This document shows positions 29,392 to 37,784 of a stretch of DNA of 52,387 bases, piece by piece. The stretch is taken from NCBI GenBank assembly GCA_031411295.1, contig JANOAV010000151.1, positions 1-52,387 of the forward strand. The letters are read 5' to 3'. The position numbers were made by a program, and so were the translations under genes. The DNA comes from Verrucomicrobiales bacterium. Lineage in GTDB: Bacteria; Verrucomicrobiota; Verrucomicrobiia; Verrucomicrobiales; V1-33. The first letter of the stretch is position 1. Each line of letters begins with the position of its first letter. Under the pieces are notes generated by a model that worked only from the letters and a program-made list of their open reading frames with translations, searched no databases and was not told where the DNA came from.

Positions 29392-30375
29392 TTAGCTTTG
29401 CCGCAGGACGTCCCACACCCGGGTGAAGACTCCGGAGGAGAAGCCCATGGCCTGTTTGAGTAAGTAGTCGCGCTCCAGCAGGTTCCGCTGGGCTTTGGCG
29501 GTGGCTGCGGTGTCGGCATCGATGAGGCCTCGCAGCTTGGCCCAGAGGCCGCTGATGGGGACGGGGTAGTCGCTGCCATGGATCATTTGCGCCATCACGG
29601 CGGGCTCCAGGCAGGTCTTCAGACCGTGGCTGCGATTGGGGGTATTGAGAGCGCTGATGTCGCCATAGCAATGCGGGTATTCGCGCAGCATGGCGAGGAA
29701 GCCTGGCATTTCGTCCTTCTCCATCCACGATGGTGCGCTGCGGGTGGCGGAGTGTGCGGCAATCACGGTCACGCCAAGATCGAGGGGCTGGCGCAGGAGT
29801 TGCGGACTGAACAGTTTCTTGTTAATAACCGGCACCGTGTATTCCCCGCCGGTGTGGGACAGGAGGGGAATGCGAGCCTGCTCCATGAGTTTGAAGAAAT
29901 CCGCATAGCGGGGCCGCGAGCAATCGATGTTCTGGCTGGGAGGCAAAATCTTCACCATGACCGCACCAGCTTCGATGCAGCGATCCAGTTCCTGCAGCGC
30001 ATCCTTGCGGGCGGGATGGATGGAAACCGCGGGCAGCAGTTCCGGATGGCGTTTCCCGATGGTTAGGATCCAATCGTTGCTAACGTGGAAGGATCCGAAT
30101 TGGAGTTTGCCACCATCATCGTGATAGACTTCTTCGTGCGCCAGGATGACGGCATGGCTGAGGGAGGATTCCCTGACTAATTGGGCCACGTAGGCCGCGT
30201 AGTTGTCGTCGAAATCGTGGTCTGTCAGGTCTGCTTTGAGGCCGATGCCGCGGAGCATGAACTCACCAGCCAGACGGCGGTGCCAGCGCAGGGACATCCA
30301 GTTGCCGCTGCCGTTGCGCCCGTTGCCCACGAGGTGGACATGCATGTCGATGGGGCCGCGAGTGCTGGGGTTCAT
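29392..30375 (-). CDS. amidohydrolase family protein (Amidohydro_2-like)
   Basis: IDMHVH, SIHP, LSHTG, IAAH, HGSDYP. Confidence 0.88.
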   Translation of the reverse strand: MNPSTRGPIDMHVHLVGNGRNGSGNWMSLRWHRRLAGEFMLRGIGLKADLTDHDFDDNYAAYVAQLVRESSLSHAVILAHEEVYHDDGGKLQFGSFHVSNDWILTIGKRHPELLPAVSIHPARKDALQELDRCIEAGAVMVKILPPSQNIDCSRPRYADFFKLMEQARIPLLSHTGGEYTVPVINKKLFSPQLLRQPLDLGVTVIAAHSATRSAPSWMEKDEMPGFLAMLREYPHCYGDISALNTPNRSHGLKTCLEPAVMAQMIHGSDYPVPISGLWAKLRGLIDADTAATAKAQRNLLERDYLLKQAMGFSSGVFTRVWDVLRQS

Positions 30376-30461
30376 GGTTCAAAGTTTACAGTATTGCATG
30401 GAGAGGCGCAGCAGGCCGGGGAACTTTTAGCTTCAGCGTGATGCACGGTGCGCTGAGGAGC

Positions 30462-31430
30462 CTAGCCGAAGGCTTTGAGGAAGCCTACTTCGAGGGCCAG
30501 GGTTTCGCGGACGTTGGTGGTGAGGTTCTTGCGCAGTTCTTCCACGGCGCGCAGGCGACGGTGGACTTCGATTTGCGTGAGGGACTTGGCGACTTGCTCG
30601 GTGGTGGCGTTGATGCCGGGGAGATCGTAGGCGGGGCAGCCGGTTTGGCGACGCAGGATTTCTCCGAACCAGACGATCAAGAGCGTGAGCAAGCTGCTGC
30701 GTTCCTCTTGGTATTGGGACTCGGTGAGATCTTCGTAATAGTCCTCCCGATCCTTGAGCCAGGCTCCGTCGGTGGTTTTGCCATAGGAATCAACTTCGTC
30801 CCGATAGTGGGAATGATTTTCCTTTTCGATACGATCTCGAATCTCTTTGAGAATGCCTGAAAAGCTGCGCAGGAGATTGGCGGCTCGCGGGGCAGTGAGT
30901 TTACCGGAGAAATGGCGACTAAGCGCTTCCAGCAGGAGCGATTGCTCCGGAGTGAGTTCGAGGCCGTCCTTGTCTGAGCGATAGAGCGGCACGCGCACGC
31001 AACGGGAGAGGATGGTGGTGAGTAATTGCTCCGGCATGCGCGAGAGCAAGAGCAGGAGGGAGTTGGCGGGCGGTTCCTCCAGCGTCTTGAGAAAGGCGTT
31101 GGAGGCTTGTTCCATCATGCGATCGGCATCCACAATGATCCCGACTTTGTAGGTCGCTTGGTTCGTGCGTTGGAGCAATTTCTCCAATTCCCGGATCTGA
31201 TCCACTTTGATGCGGCGGAGTTTCGATTCGGGTTCCAGCACGATCGCGCCCTGCATCTTGAGATCGTCAATGGTGTTGGCCTTGTAGCCATTCACCATCG
31301 CAGAAATGCGCACCGCCACGCTGCGGAGATCGTCCCCATTGTTCCCGGAAATCAAGAAAGCGTGCGCCAGATGGTTATTCTGGTGGGCTTTCTGAATCAA
31401 CTGGAAGGCTTGGTCGGGCGAGAAGGACAT
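30462..31430 (-). CDS. holB: DNA polymerase III subunit delta'
   Basis: LAHAFLISG, IKVDQIRE, ASNAFLKTLEEPP, LLTTILSRC. Confidence 0.92.
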   Translation of the reverse strand: MSFSPDQAFQLIQKAHQNNHLAHAFLISGNNGDDLRSVAVRISAMVNGYKANTIDDLKMQGAIVLEPESKLRRIKVDQIRELEKLLQRTNQATYKVGIIVDADRMMEQASNAFLKTLEEPPANSLLLLLSRMPEQLLTTILSRCVRVPLYRSDKDGLELTPEQSLLLEALSRHFSGKLTAPRAANLLRSFSGILKEIRDRIEKENHSHYRDEVDSYGKTTDGAWLKDREDYYEDLTESQYQEERSSLLTLLIVWFGEILRRQTGCPAYDLPGINATTEQVAKSLTQIEVHRRLRAVEELRKNLTTNVRETLALEVGFLKAFG

Positions 31431-31503
31431 GACGGTGGGATCTTAAAACATCGTGGTAGCGTGGGGCCGAACGTTTGTCGAGTGCTAAGAGTGTGGGAGT
31501 CAG

Positions 31504-31528
31504 GCCGACCCGTTGGACCCCAAGTGCC
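31504..31528. repeat. 25-bp exact direct repeat A, copy 1
   Basis: gccgacccgttggaccccaagtgcc, identical at 32833-32857. Confidence 0.9.
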
Positions 31529-31668
31529 GACTGAGTAACGTAAAGTCCCTTGGCCATGTTCTATAAAATGTTACAAGTGAAAGGGGCACTTGATTTACCC
31601 TAAATTACCGGGGATTTGGACGTCTCCTCGACCATTATCGGAGCTAGGACTACGCTGCCAATCAATCG

Positions 31669-32097
31669 CTAAAGCCTTATCGACTGTAAGCCGAAAGCCG
31701 GGGCGGCAGCCATCATGTGTCGATCACTAGTATAAATGCAGGTGAATCCCTCCTCCGCAGCGGAAGTGAGGTGCAAGGCATCAGCGGCACGAAGAAAGGT
31801 GGTGGCAGGCAAGTTTTTAAGGCGAGTGGTGGAGGATGCTATCAAATGGTCATCCACCGGAAGCCATCGCCAAAGTCCCGCGGCGCAATCCGCATCAAAT
31901 TGGTCACAGAGCAGATGAAAACCGAGCTGATCCACCACGTGCTCACGAAATTTGCGATGGAAGACGCTTATCACTTCAGTCTTGCCTGACGCCAAGCAAT
32001 AGATGGCCGGATTCGACTGAGCGAACGCTGCGACTCGTGGGCTATCCGATTCCGCCAGATAAAATTTAGCGATATAGCAGGCGTCGAAATAGTTCAT
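31669..32097 (-). CDS. vapC: PIN-domain toxin (VapC family)
   Basis: YFDAC...K.YLAE, E..S, LRAADALHL, TSDRHM; ATGA overlap with the antitoxin. Confidence 0.9.
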   Translation of the reverse strand: MNYFDACYIAKFYLAESDSPRVAAFAQSNPAIYCLASGKTEVISVFHRKFREHVVDQLGFHLLCDQFDADCAAGLWRWLPVDDHLIASSTTRLKNLPATTFLRAADALHLTSAAEEGFTCIYTSDRHMMAAAPAFGLQSIRL

Positions 32098-32345
32098 CGC
32101 CCATCACGCATTTCAGAAATGATCTCCGTGCTATCCGTGCCGCCGCTGAGTTGGGATTGCAGTTGCGCATAGCCCGGCAGGAGCTTGCGGGTGAGAAAGG
32201 GATTCTCTGCAATCGGAGCCGGGATTGGCACAATCCGAGCAACCGGACGGCCCTTGTCTTTAACAACAATGGGTTCCTCTTCAGTAGCCCGATGCACCCA
32301 AAGGTCGGTGTGCTCGTGTAGTTCACGGATGGAAATAGCGGTCAT
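32094..32345 (-). CDS. Phd/YefM-family antitoxin
   Basis: MTAISIRELH...EPIVVKDKGRPVARIVP; directly upstream of the PIN toxin. Confidence 0.88.
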   Translation of the reverse strand: MTAISIRELHEHTDLWVHRATEEEPIVVKDKGRPVARIVPIPAPIAENPFLTRKLLPGYAQLQSQLSGGTDSTEIISEMRDGR

Positions 32346-32504
32346 GGTTCAGAACTATGCCACAGCTTGAGTCAGCGGCAAGAACGGATTCGGGTCTTTG
32401 GAACCCAGGGGTGCAGGACAGAAAAGTTAAGAACTGGCTCGGAACATTTCCCAAGGCTTGCGGGGGCGTGTCTAGGCCTCTAATCATCCGGGTTCAAAAC
32501 CTCT

Positions 32505-32754
32505 AGTCCTGAAAGGACGGGACATCAAAGCCCAAAGGCAAGCACAGCGCAGCCTTGCGTTCCAGTCACACACAAGCAAAAGCCCTGCATGGGCGAAACA
32601 AGGGAACGTGGGCCAAATGGACACCTCAAGGCAAGGCGTGATGCGAGCGCGCTGCGGTGTCTCGCCCTTTCAGGGCTTTGTCTTCTGGGCGTTGGATACC
32701 CAGAGTTACGCTGCGCTCCACTCTGGGCTTTGATGCCCCGTCCTTACAGGACTG
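32505..32754. repeat. ~250-bp REPIN/MITE-like element, copy 2
   Basis: agtcctgaaaggacgggacatcaaagccc...gggctttgatgccccgtccttacaggact; colinear with 363-614. Confidence 0.85.
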
Positions 32755-32832
32755 AGAACCATTGAGCACGAACATGATTTACCGGTTTTGCCTGCAAAAC
32801 CCGCTAGTAACTTTCTGGTCCTACACCCTCAC

Positions 32833-32857
32833 GCCGACCCGTTGGACCCCAAGTGCC
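32833..32857. repeat. 25-bp exact direct repeat A, copy 2
   Basis: identical to 31504-31528. Confidence 0.9.
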
Positions 32858-32895
32858 TGCTTGCAAAAGTCCTCGCAAACCCGATAGTTGGAGGC

Positions 32896-33678
32896 ATGAA
32901 AAAGACGAACCCCTTTCCCGGAATGAATCCTTGGCTGGAAGAACACTGGCCAGGAGTGCACTCTTTGTTGATTAGTTGCTTCTCGATGCAGCTATCCAGT
33001 TTATTACCAGACGATTTGCTAGCGCGCCCAGAAGAGGGCGTCAATATTTCCGCCGAAGGAAGCTCCGACCATCATTTTCGGGCCGATGTGGCTGTGACTG
33101 AGTCATGGAAAGATGGCGTGCCACCAACATGGTCCCCGGAAGCAGATTTGGAATCGCGCGCGGCCGTGCCTACGATTGTGCAAGTGGCTCCGATGACCGA
33201 ACGCTGGATCGAAATTCGCGACACCGCAGGCAAGCTCATCACCGTGATCGAGATTCTCAGCCCCAGCAACAAGGGGGTAGGACTAGCCGAATATGCCGCC
33301 AAGCGCAAAGTGCTCATCGCCTCGCCCATTAATGTGGTTGAAATAGATCTGCTTCTGGGCGGTCGCGCCTTGTTTCCGGATATTGAAGTGGCACTCCCGC
33401 ATTTAGAACAAACGCACTATTTTATCAGCGTAAAGCGCACTGGCATGTTGCACCGCAGAGAGATCTATCGCCCCTTGCTGCGCGAACCCTTGCCAGTCAT
33501 TCGCATCCCCCTGCGCCCTGGAGAAAAAGACGTCTGCATCGACCTCCAACCTTTGATCGACCAAGTATTCACCGCCGGTAAATATCACCTGCTGGACTAC
33601 CAACGCCTGCCCGCCTTACCTCTGCCTCCACCAGACGCGGACTGGCTTAAGGGTTGCGTGCAAGTGGCAACAGAATAG
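32896..33678 (+). CDS. DUF4058 family protein
   Basis: NPFPGMNPWLE, ERWIEIRD..LITVIEILSPSNK, VEIDLL, LPVIRIPLRP. Confidence 0.88.
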   Translation: MKKTNPFPGMNPWLEEHWPGVHSLLISCFSMQLSSLLPDDLLARPEEGVNISAEGSSDHHFRADVAVTESWKDGVPPTWSPEADLESRAAVPTIVQVAPMTERWIEIRDTAGKLITVIEILSPSNKGVGLAEYAAKRKVLIASPINVVEIDLLLGGRALFPDIEVALPHLEQTHYFISVKRTGMLHRREIYRPLLREPLPVIRIPLRPGEKDVCIDLQPLIDQVFTAGKYHLLDYQRLPALPLPPPDADWLKGCVQVATE

Positions 33679-33722
33679 GTTCATCGCCCATCACGCATTT
33701 CAGAGATGATCTCCGTGCTATC
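33679..33722. repeat. 44-bp duplicate of the antitoxin-end/toxin-start junction (repeat B)
   Basis: gttcatcgcccatcacgcatttcagagatgatctccgtgctatc matches 32092-32135 at 43 of 44 positions. Confidence 0.9.
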
Positions 33723-33747
33723 TGCAGGCCAAAGTAGCTTCCGCCAC

Positions 33748-34593
33748 CTAAGACTTCCGCACAAATCCCCCGCGCCCTGCACTGATGGCGAAGGCTAGGA
33801 GCCACATACCGCCGAGGATGAGGGTGATCATGGTGCCAGGGCGGACGTTCCATTGGTCTCCCAGCATGATGCCGCCAACGGCTCCAATGGCTCCGAGCAC
33901 GCCACCGCCCCAGAACATGAGTCGGGTGGAATTAGAGAGCAGGTAAATGCTGGCAGAGGGCGCGACGAGCATGACTAGCGAGAGGATACAGCCGACGGCC
34001 TGCAGTGAGGCGACCATCACTAGCACGAGTAAAGTCATCAGCAAATAATTGATCGACCGCACCGGCACCCCTTGGGCTTCGGCCACGCTGGGTTCAAAAA
34101 TCGTCAGCAGGATCGGGCGTTGCAGGGCGGTCGTGAGCAGAATGGTCAGCGCACCGATGCTGTAGGAGACCCAGAGGTCTCCCCGATGCAGGTTCAGGAT
34201 ATCGCCAAAGAGGTAACTTTCCAGATCGACGCGTTTTCCCTCCGGCAGGTGATCCACCAGAACCACCCCGATGGCGAACGCAATGGTGAGGAAGATGGCC
34301 AGAGCGGTGCCTTGATCGATACGTGAATTCCGTGCCACTGCCAGTGATGCTAACACCACAACCATGGCGGCAAAGAGCGCACCGAGAAACATGGACCACG
34401 GTGAAAGCCCCGCCACCAGAATCCCCAAGGCCACACCCGGCAGCAAGCCATGGCTCAAGCTACTGGCGACCAGCGCTGACTTGCGCAAGACCACGAGGGA
34501 ACCAAAGGCGCCATTGGCAAACCCGATCATCAAACCCGCCAGTAGCGCACGCTGGAAGAAGGCGTAGGTAAACATTTCTTGCAGCGAATGCAT
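33748..34593 (-). CDS. Zn/Mn ABC transporter permease (ZnuB/MntB-like)
   Basis: FFQRALLAG, SLSHGLLPGVA, LESYLFGDIL, SLQAVGCIL. Confidence 0.92.
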   Translation of the reverse strand: MHSLQEMFTYAFFQRALLAGLMIGFANGAFGSLVVLRKSALVASSLSHGLLPGVALGILVAGLSPWSMFLGALFAAMVVVLASLAVARNSRIDQGTALAIFLTIAFAIGVVLVDHLPEGKRVDLESYLFGDILNLHRGDLWVSYSIGALTILLTTALQRPILLTIFEPSVAEAQGVPVRSINYLLMTLLVLVMVASLQAVGCILSLVMLVAPSASIYLLSNSTRLMFWGGGVLGAIGAVGGIMLGDQWNVRPGTMITLILGGMWLLAFAISAGRGGFVRKS

Positions 34594-34595
34594 GG

Positions 34596-35393
34596 TCAGG
34601 CGGATTTCGGGGATTCAGTTAGCAAATTCGGCGGCAGCGGAATGGTGCAGCCATACGCTGCTTCCAAAGTGTCGGCATGATAGACCTCTGCCACGGAGCC
34701 AAAGGTGATTTGGCGCTTATTGATGACCAGCACTTGATCAAACATTTCCCGCACGGTGGCCAGATCATGATGGCTGGAGATGATGAGTCGCCCCGCCCGT
34801 GCCTGGGCCTGGAGCAACTGCACGAGATTTTCCTGCGCGGGCCGATCCAACCCGGTGAATGGTTCGTCCAAGAGAAAGACATGTGCCTCCTGTGCCAGCG
34901 CCCGCGCTAGAAAGGCCCGCTGCTGCTGCCCGCCACTGAGTTGACTGATTTGTCGATTCTCCAAGCCATCCAACTGCATGGCGGCCATGGCGGAATTGAC
35001 GGCGGCTTCATCTGCTTCGGTGAAACGTCGCCACCAACTCACCTGGGGATAGCGCCCCATTTCCACCAAGCCCCGAACGGTGATCGGGAAATTCCAGTCC
35101 ACATCCTCCCGCTGCGGGAGGTAGGCGAACTCACGATGCCAGCGGGAAACATTGGACCCGCGCCACAATACTTGCCCCGACTGACGCGGCACCAGCCCGG
35201 CTATCGTCTTCAGCAGCGTGCTCTTGCCCGCTCCGTTGGGCCCAATCAGCGCCACCACATTGCCGCACGAGGTGGCGAAATTGATTTGTTCCAGCGCAGC
35301 AATCTTGCCATAGCGCACGGCTAGGTTGGACACCACTAGCTCATGGTGTTGGTTGCAGTGACCGCATGCAGAATGATCTCCCGGGTGACTCAT
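34596..35393 (-). CDS. Zn/Mn ABC transporter ATP-binding protein (ZnuC/MntA-like)
   Basis: GPNGAGKS, YLPQREDVDWNFPITV, LSGGQQQR, LLDEP; His/Cys-rich N-terminus. Confidence 0.93.
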   Translation of the reverse strand: MSHPGDHSACGHCNQHHELVVSNLAVRYGKIAALEQINFATSCGNVVALIGPNGAGKSTLLKTIAGLVPRQSGQVLWRGSNVSRWHREFAYLPQREDVDWNFPITVRGLVEMGRYPQVSWWRRFTEADEAAVNSAMAAMQLDGLENRQISQLSGGQQQRAFLARALAQEAHVFLLDEPFTGLDRPAQENLVQLLQAQARAGRLIISSHHDLATVREMFDQVLVINKRQITFGSVAEVYHADTLEAAYGCTIPLPPNLLTESPKSA

Positions 35394-35398
35394 AAACG

Positions 35399-35830
35399 TT
35401 ATTTCCAGGAGTAGGTTAGGACTTCTTCTGCATGTCCCGTGCCCCAGACATTCTGGGATCGGCTCGCCAAGCCCTCTGGCTCCACTTTGATCTCTGCGAC
35501 TGACTTCGGAGCACCTGCAGCCCAAGCGAGGCGGATTTCAAATTCCATGCTAGACTCCACCAGCGTCAGCGGCAGCGTAGCCTCCAGATTGGTGCTGGGT
35601 TGCGGCAGCGCCCAGGCATAGACTTGCTTGGCATCAACCCACACGCCAGCCTCGGTGACCGGATGGGCCAAGTTGACGAGCACTTTGGTCGCCACGGTGC
35701 CGGGAGCAACCACCATTGGTTCCACCGCCACGGCAGTCGTGCGCTCCCCGGACAGGGAAAGCAATGGGGCCGCCAGCGCGATCATGGCTGCGAGGGCGAG
35801 CAGGAAATTTACTAGAGGAAACCCACGCAT
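35399..35830 (-). CDS. membrane-anchored hypothetical protein
   Basis: MRGFPLVNFLLALAAMIAL... N-terminal TM/signal, beta-rich body; operonic with the ABC genes. Confidence 0.7.
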   Translation of the reverse strand: MRGFPLVNFLLALAAMIALAAPLLSLSGERTTAVAVEPMVVAPGTVATKVLVNLAHPVTEAGVWVDAKQVYAWALPQPSTNLEATLPLTLVESSMEFEIRLAWAAGAPKSVAEIKVEPEGLASRSQNVWGTGHAEEVLTYSWK

Positions 35831-35924
35831 GGCTTTAGGCGGACACCTCCACAATTGGTTGGAGATCGGGGCGGTAAACAATGGGGAAGGGGACGGGGGA
35901 GCGGAGCAGGGTCGGTTTCATAAA

Positions 35925-35939
35925 TGCAAGTCTATTGCG
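35925..35939. promoter_or_regulatory. possible Fur-family (Zur-like) operator
   Basis: TGCAA-gtcta-TTGCG imperfect palindrome upstream of the metal ABC operon. Confidence 0.35.
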
Positions 35940-36042
35940 GTAGTGATGAGGATGCAACAGGCAAAATTCCCTTGGTTCAGATCGAAACCGTTGCATCCAT
36001 ACGGCTCTGTTCAACGTTTCCCCAACAACCTATCCTTACCCT

Positions 36043-36792
36043 ATGAAACTGCTCATCTGCCAATTTCTCCTGCTCTGCATCTCGTTTGGAGTTGGCGAGA
36101 ACAACGTGGCTGCGCTGATCAAACAAGGCGACACCTTCGACGCCGCCATGAAGACCAAAGAGGCGCTGAAGGTCTATTTGGAGGCTGAAAAGCTCGCCCC
36201 CAAGAACGCGGAACTGCTGCATCGGATCGCCAAGCAGTATGGCGAATCGATGAACGATGTGACCACCGACAAGGAGAAAAAGGAACTCGCGACCAAAGCT
36301 CTGGAGGCGGCCCAGCGAGCAGTGACGGCAGACGAGAAAAATCCGCTGGCGCAAGTTTCCCTGGCCATCAGTTATGGTCTCATGGCACCATTGCTCGATA
36401 ACAAAGAAAAGGTGGCCTACTCGAAATTGGTCAAAGCTCACGCGGATAAAGCCTTGGCGCTGGATCCCAACTGCGAACTGGCGTATCATGTCCTGGGTGC
36501 CTGGAATTATGAACTTGCGAGCTTCGGGATGGTGATGCGAGCACTGACCAAGCTGATTTACGGAGCGCTGCCGGAAGCCAGTTATGCGGCGGCGGAAGCA
36601 AATTTTCTCAAAGCCATCGCGCTGAATCCGAATCGGGTGGCCAACTTCGTGGAGTTGGGGCGGACCTATGTAAAACTGGATAAGCCGAAGGAAGCAAAGA
36701 CGAACTTGGAGAAGGGCCTCGCGCTGCCCAGCATTTATCGCGATGACGAGACCACGAAGGCGCGGGGGCGGATGGAACTGAAAGAGCTGTGA
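36043..36792 (+). CDS. exported TPR protein (RMDN-like)
   Basis: Signal peptide; TPR-like KALALDPNCELAYHVLGAW and KAIALNPN. Confidence 0.8.
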   Translation: MKLLICQFLLLCISFGVGENNVAALIKQGDTFDAAMKTKEALKVYLEAEKLAPKNAELLHRIAKQYGESMNDVTTDKEKKELATKALEAAQRAVTADEKNPLAQVSLAISYGLMAPLLDNKEKVAYSKLVKAHADKALALDPNCELAYHVLGAWNYELASFGMVMRALTKLIYGALPEASYAAAEANFLKAIALNPNRVANFVELGRTYVKLDKPKEAKTNLEKGLALPSIYRDDETTKARGRMELKEL

Positions 36793-36898
36793 GGCGATGC
36801 TGTCACTGCTTGGGCGTGGAAAATTCTGCCGCAGGCACGGGTAATCAGACGCATTATTAGATTGCGGCGGTTGCTTCCCCTTGGGTATAACGCTGCTT

Positions 36899-37783
36899 AT
36901 GCACCTACCTTCCCGTCGCTCATTTCTCCTCTCCACGCTCTCGACTGGCATGCTCTCCTCGATAGGCCAGGCCATGGAGCCACTGAATCGCGCTGGCAAG
37001 CCTCGGCTGCGGATTGGACTGGCGGCCTACTCGTTCCGTGAGCAATTCAAAGACCCAGCGCTCATGACCCTGCCGAAGTTTATCGATCTCTGCGCGGATC
37101 AAGGGTTGGATGGCGCAGAGTTAACCAGTTATTATTTCCCCAAGGAGCCTACGGTGGAATTCCTGCTAAGCCTGAAGCGTCAAGCCCATCTGCGAGGAGT
37201 CTCCATTAGCGGCACCAGCGTGGGCAATAATTTCGCGCTGCCGGATGGCGCGGAGCGTGACAAGGAAATCGCTTCCGTGAAGCAATGGATCGACCACGCA
37301 GCCATCCTGGGGGCCCCACATATCCGCGTCTTTGCTGGTGCGCCCAAAGGTCTCAGCGCGGCAGCAGGGGTGCAGCAAGCGATCAAGGCATTCCAGGAAA
37401 CCTGCGCTTATGCCGGCACGAAGGGGATCTTCCTGGGGCTCGAAAATCACGGCGGAGTGGTGGCCAAACCGGAAGGCATGTTGGAAATCATCAAAGCCGT
37501 CGATAGTCCGTGGTTTGGGGTCAATTTGGATTCCGGGAATTTCCATGGCGACGATCCCTACGCTGAGTTGGCGCAGATTGCGCCTTATGCGGTGAATGTG
37601 CAGATCAAAGTGGAAATGAAGCGCGGCTCCAACCCCGCCGAACCAGCGGATCTGCCCCGGCTTGTGAAGCTGCTCCGAGATGCCAATTACCAAGGTTTCG
37701 TGACTCTGGAATACGAAGCCAAAGAAGATCCGTTCACGGCGGTGCCCGCGTGGTTAGGGAAACTCAAGACCGCCCTGCAGTAG
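36899..37783 (+). CDS. sugar phosphate isomerase/epimerase family TIM-barrel protein, Tat-exported
   Basis: SRRSFL Tat motif; ELTSYYF, IRVFAG, LENHGG, NLDSGNF, LEYE. Confidence 0.88.
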   Translation: MHLPSRRSFLLSTLSTGMLSSIGQAMEPLNRAGKPRLRIGLAAYSFREQFKDPALMTLPKFIDLCADQGLDGAELTSYYFPKEPTVEFLLSLKRQAHLRGVSISGTSVGNNFALPDGAERDKEIASVKQWIDHAAILGAPHIRVFAGAPKGLSAAAGVQQAIKAFQETCAYAGTKGIFLGLENHGGVVAKPEGMLEIIKAVDSPWFGVNLDSGNFHGDDPYAELAQIAPYAVNVQIKVEMKRGSNPAEPADLPRLVKLLRDANYQGFVTLEYEAKEDPFTAVPAWLGKLKTALQ

Positions 37784-37784
37784 T

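Noticed and set aside
35977..36999. 340-aa minus-strand ORF
   Set aside because: Antisense shadow of the TPR gene; typical of GC-rich codon bias.
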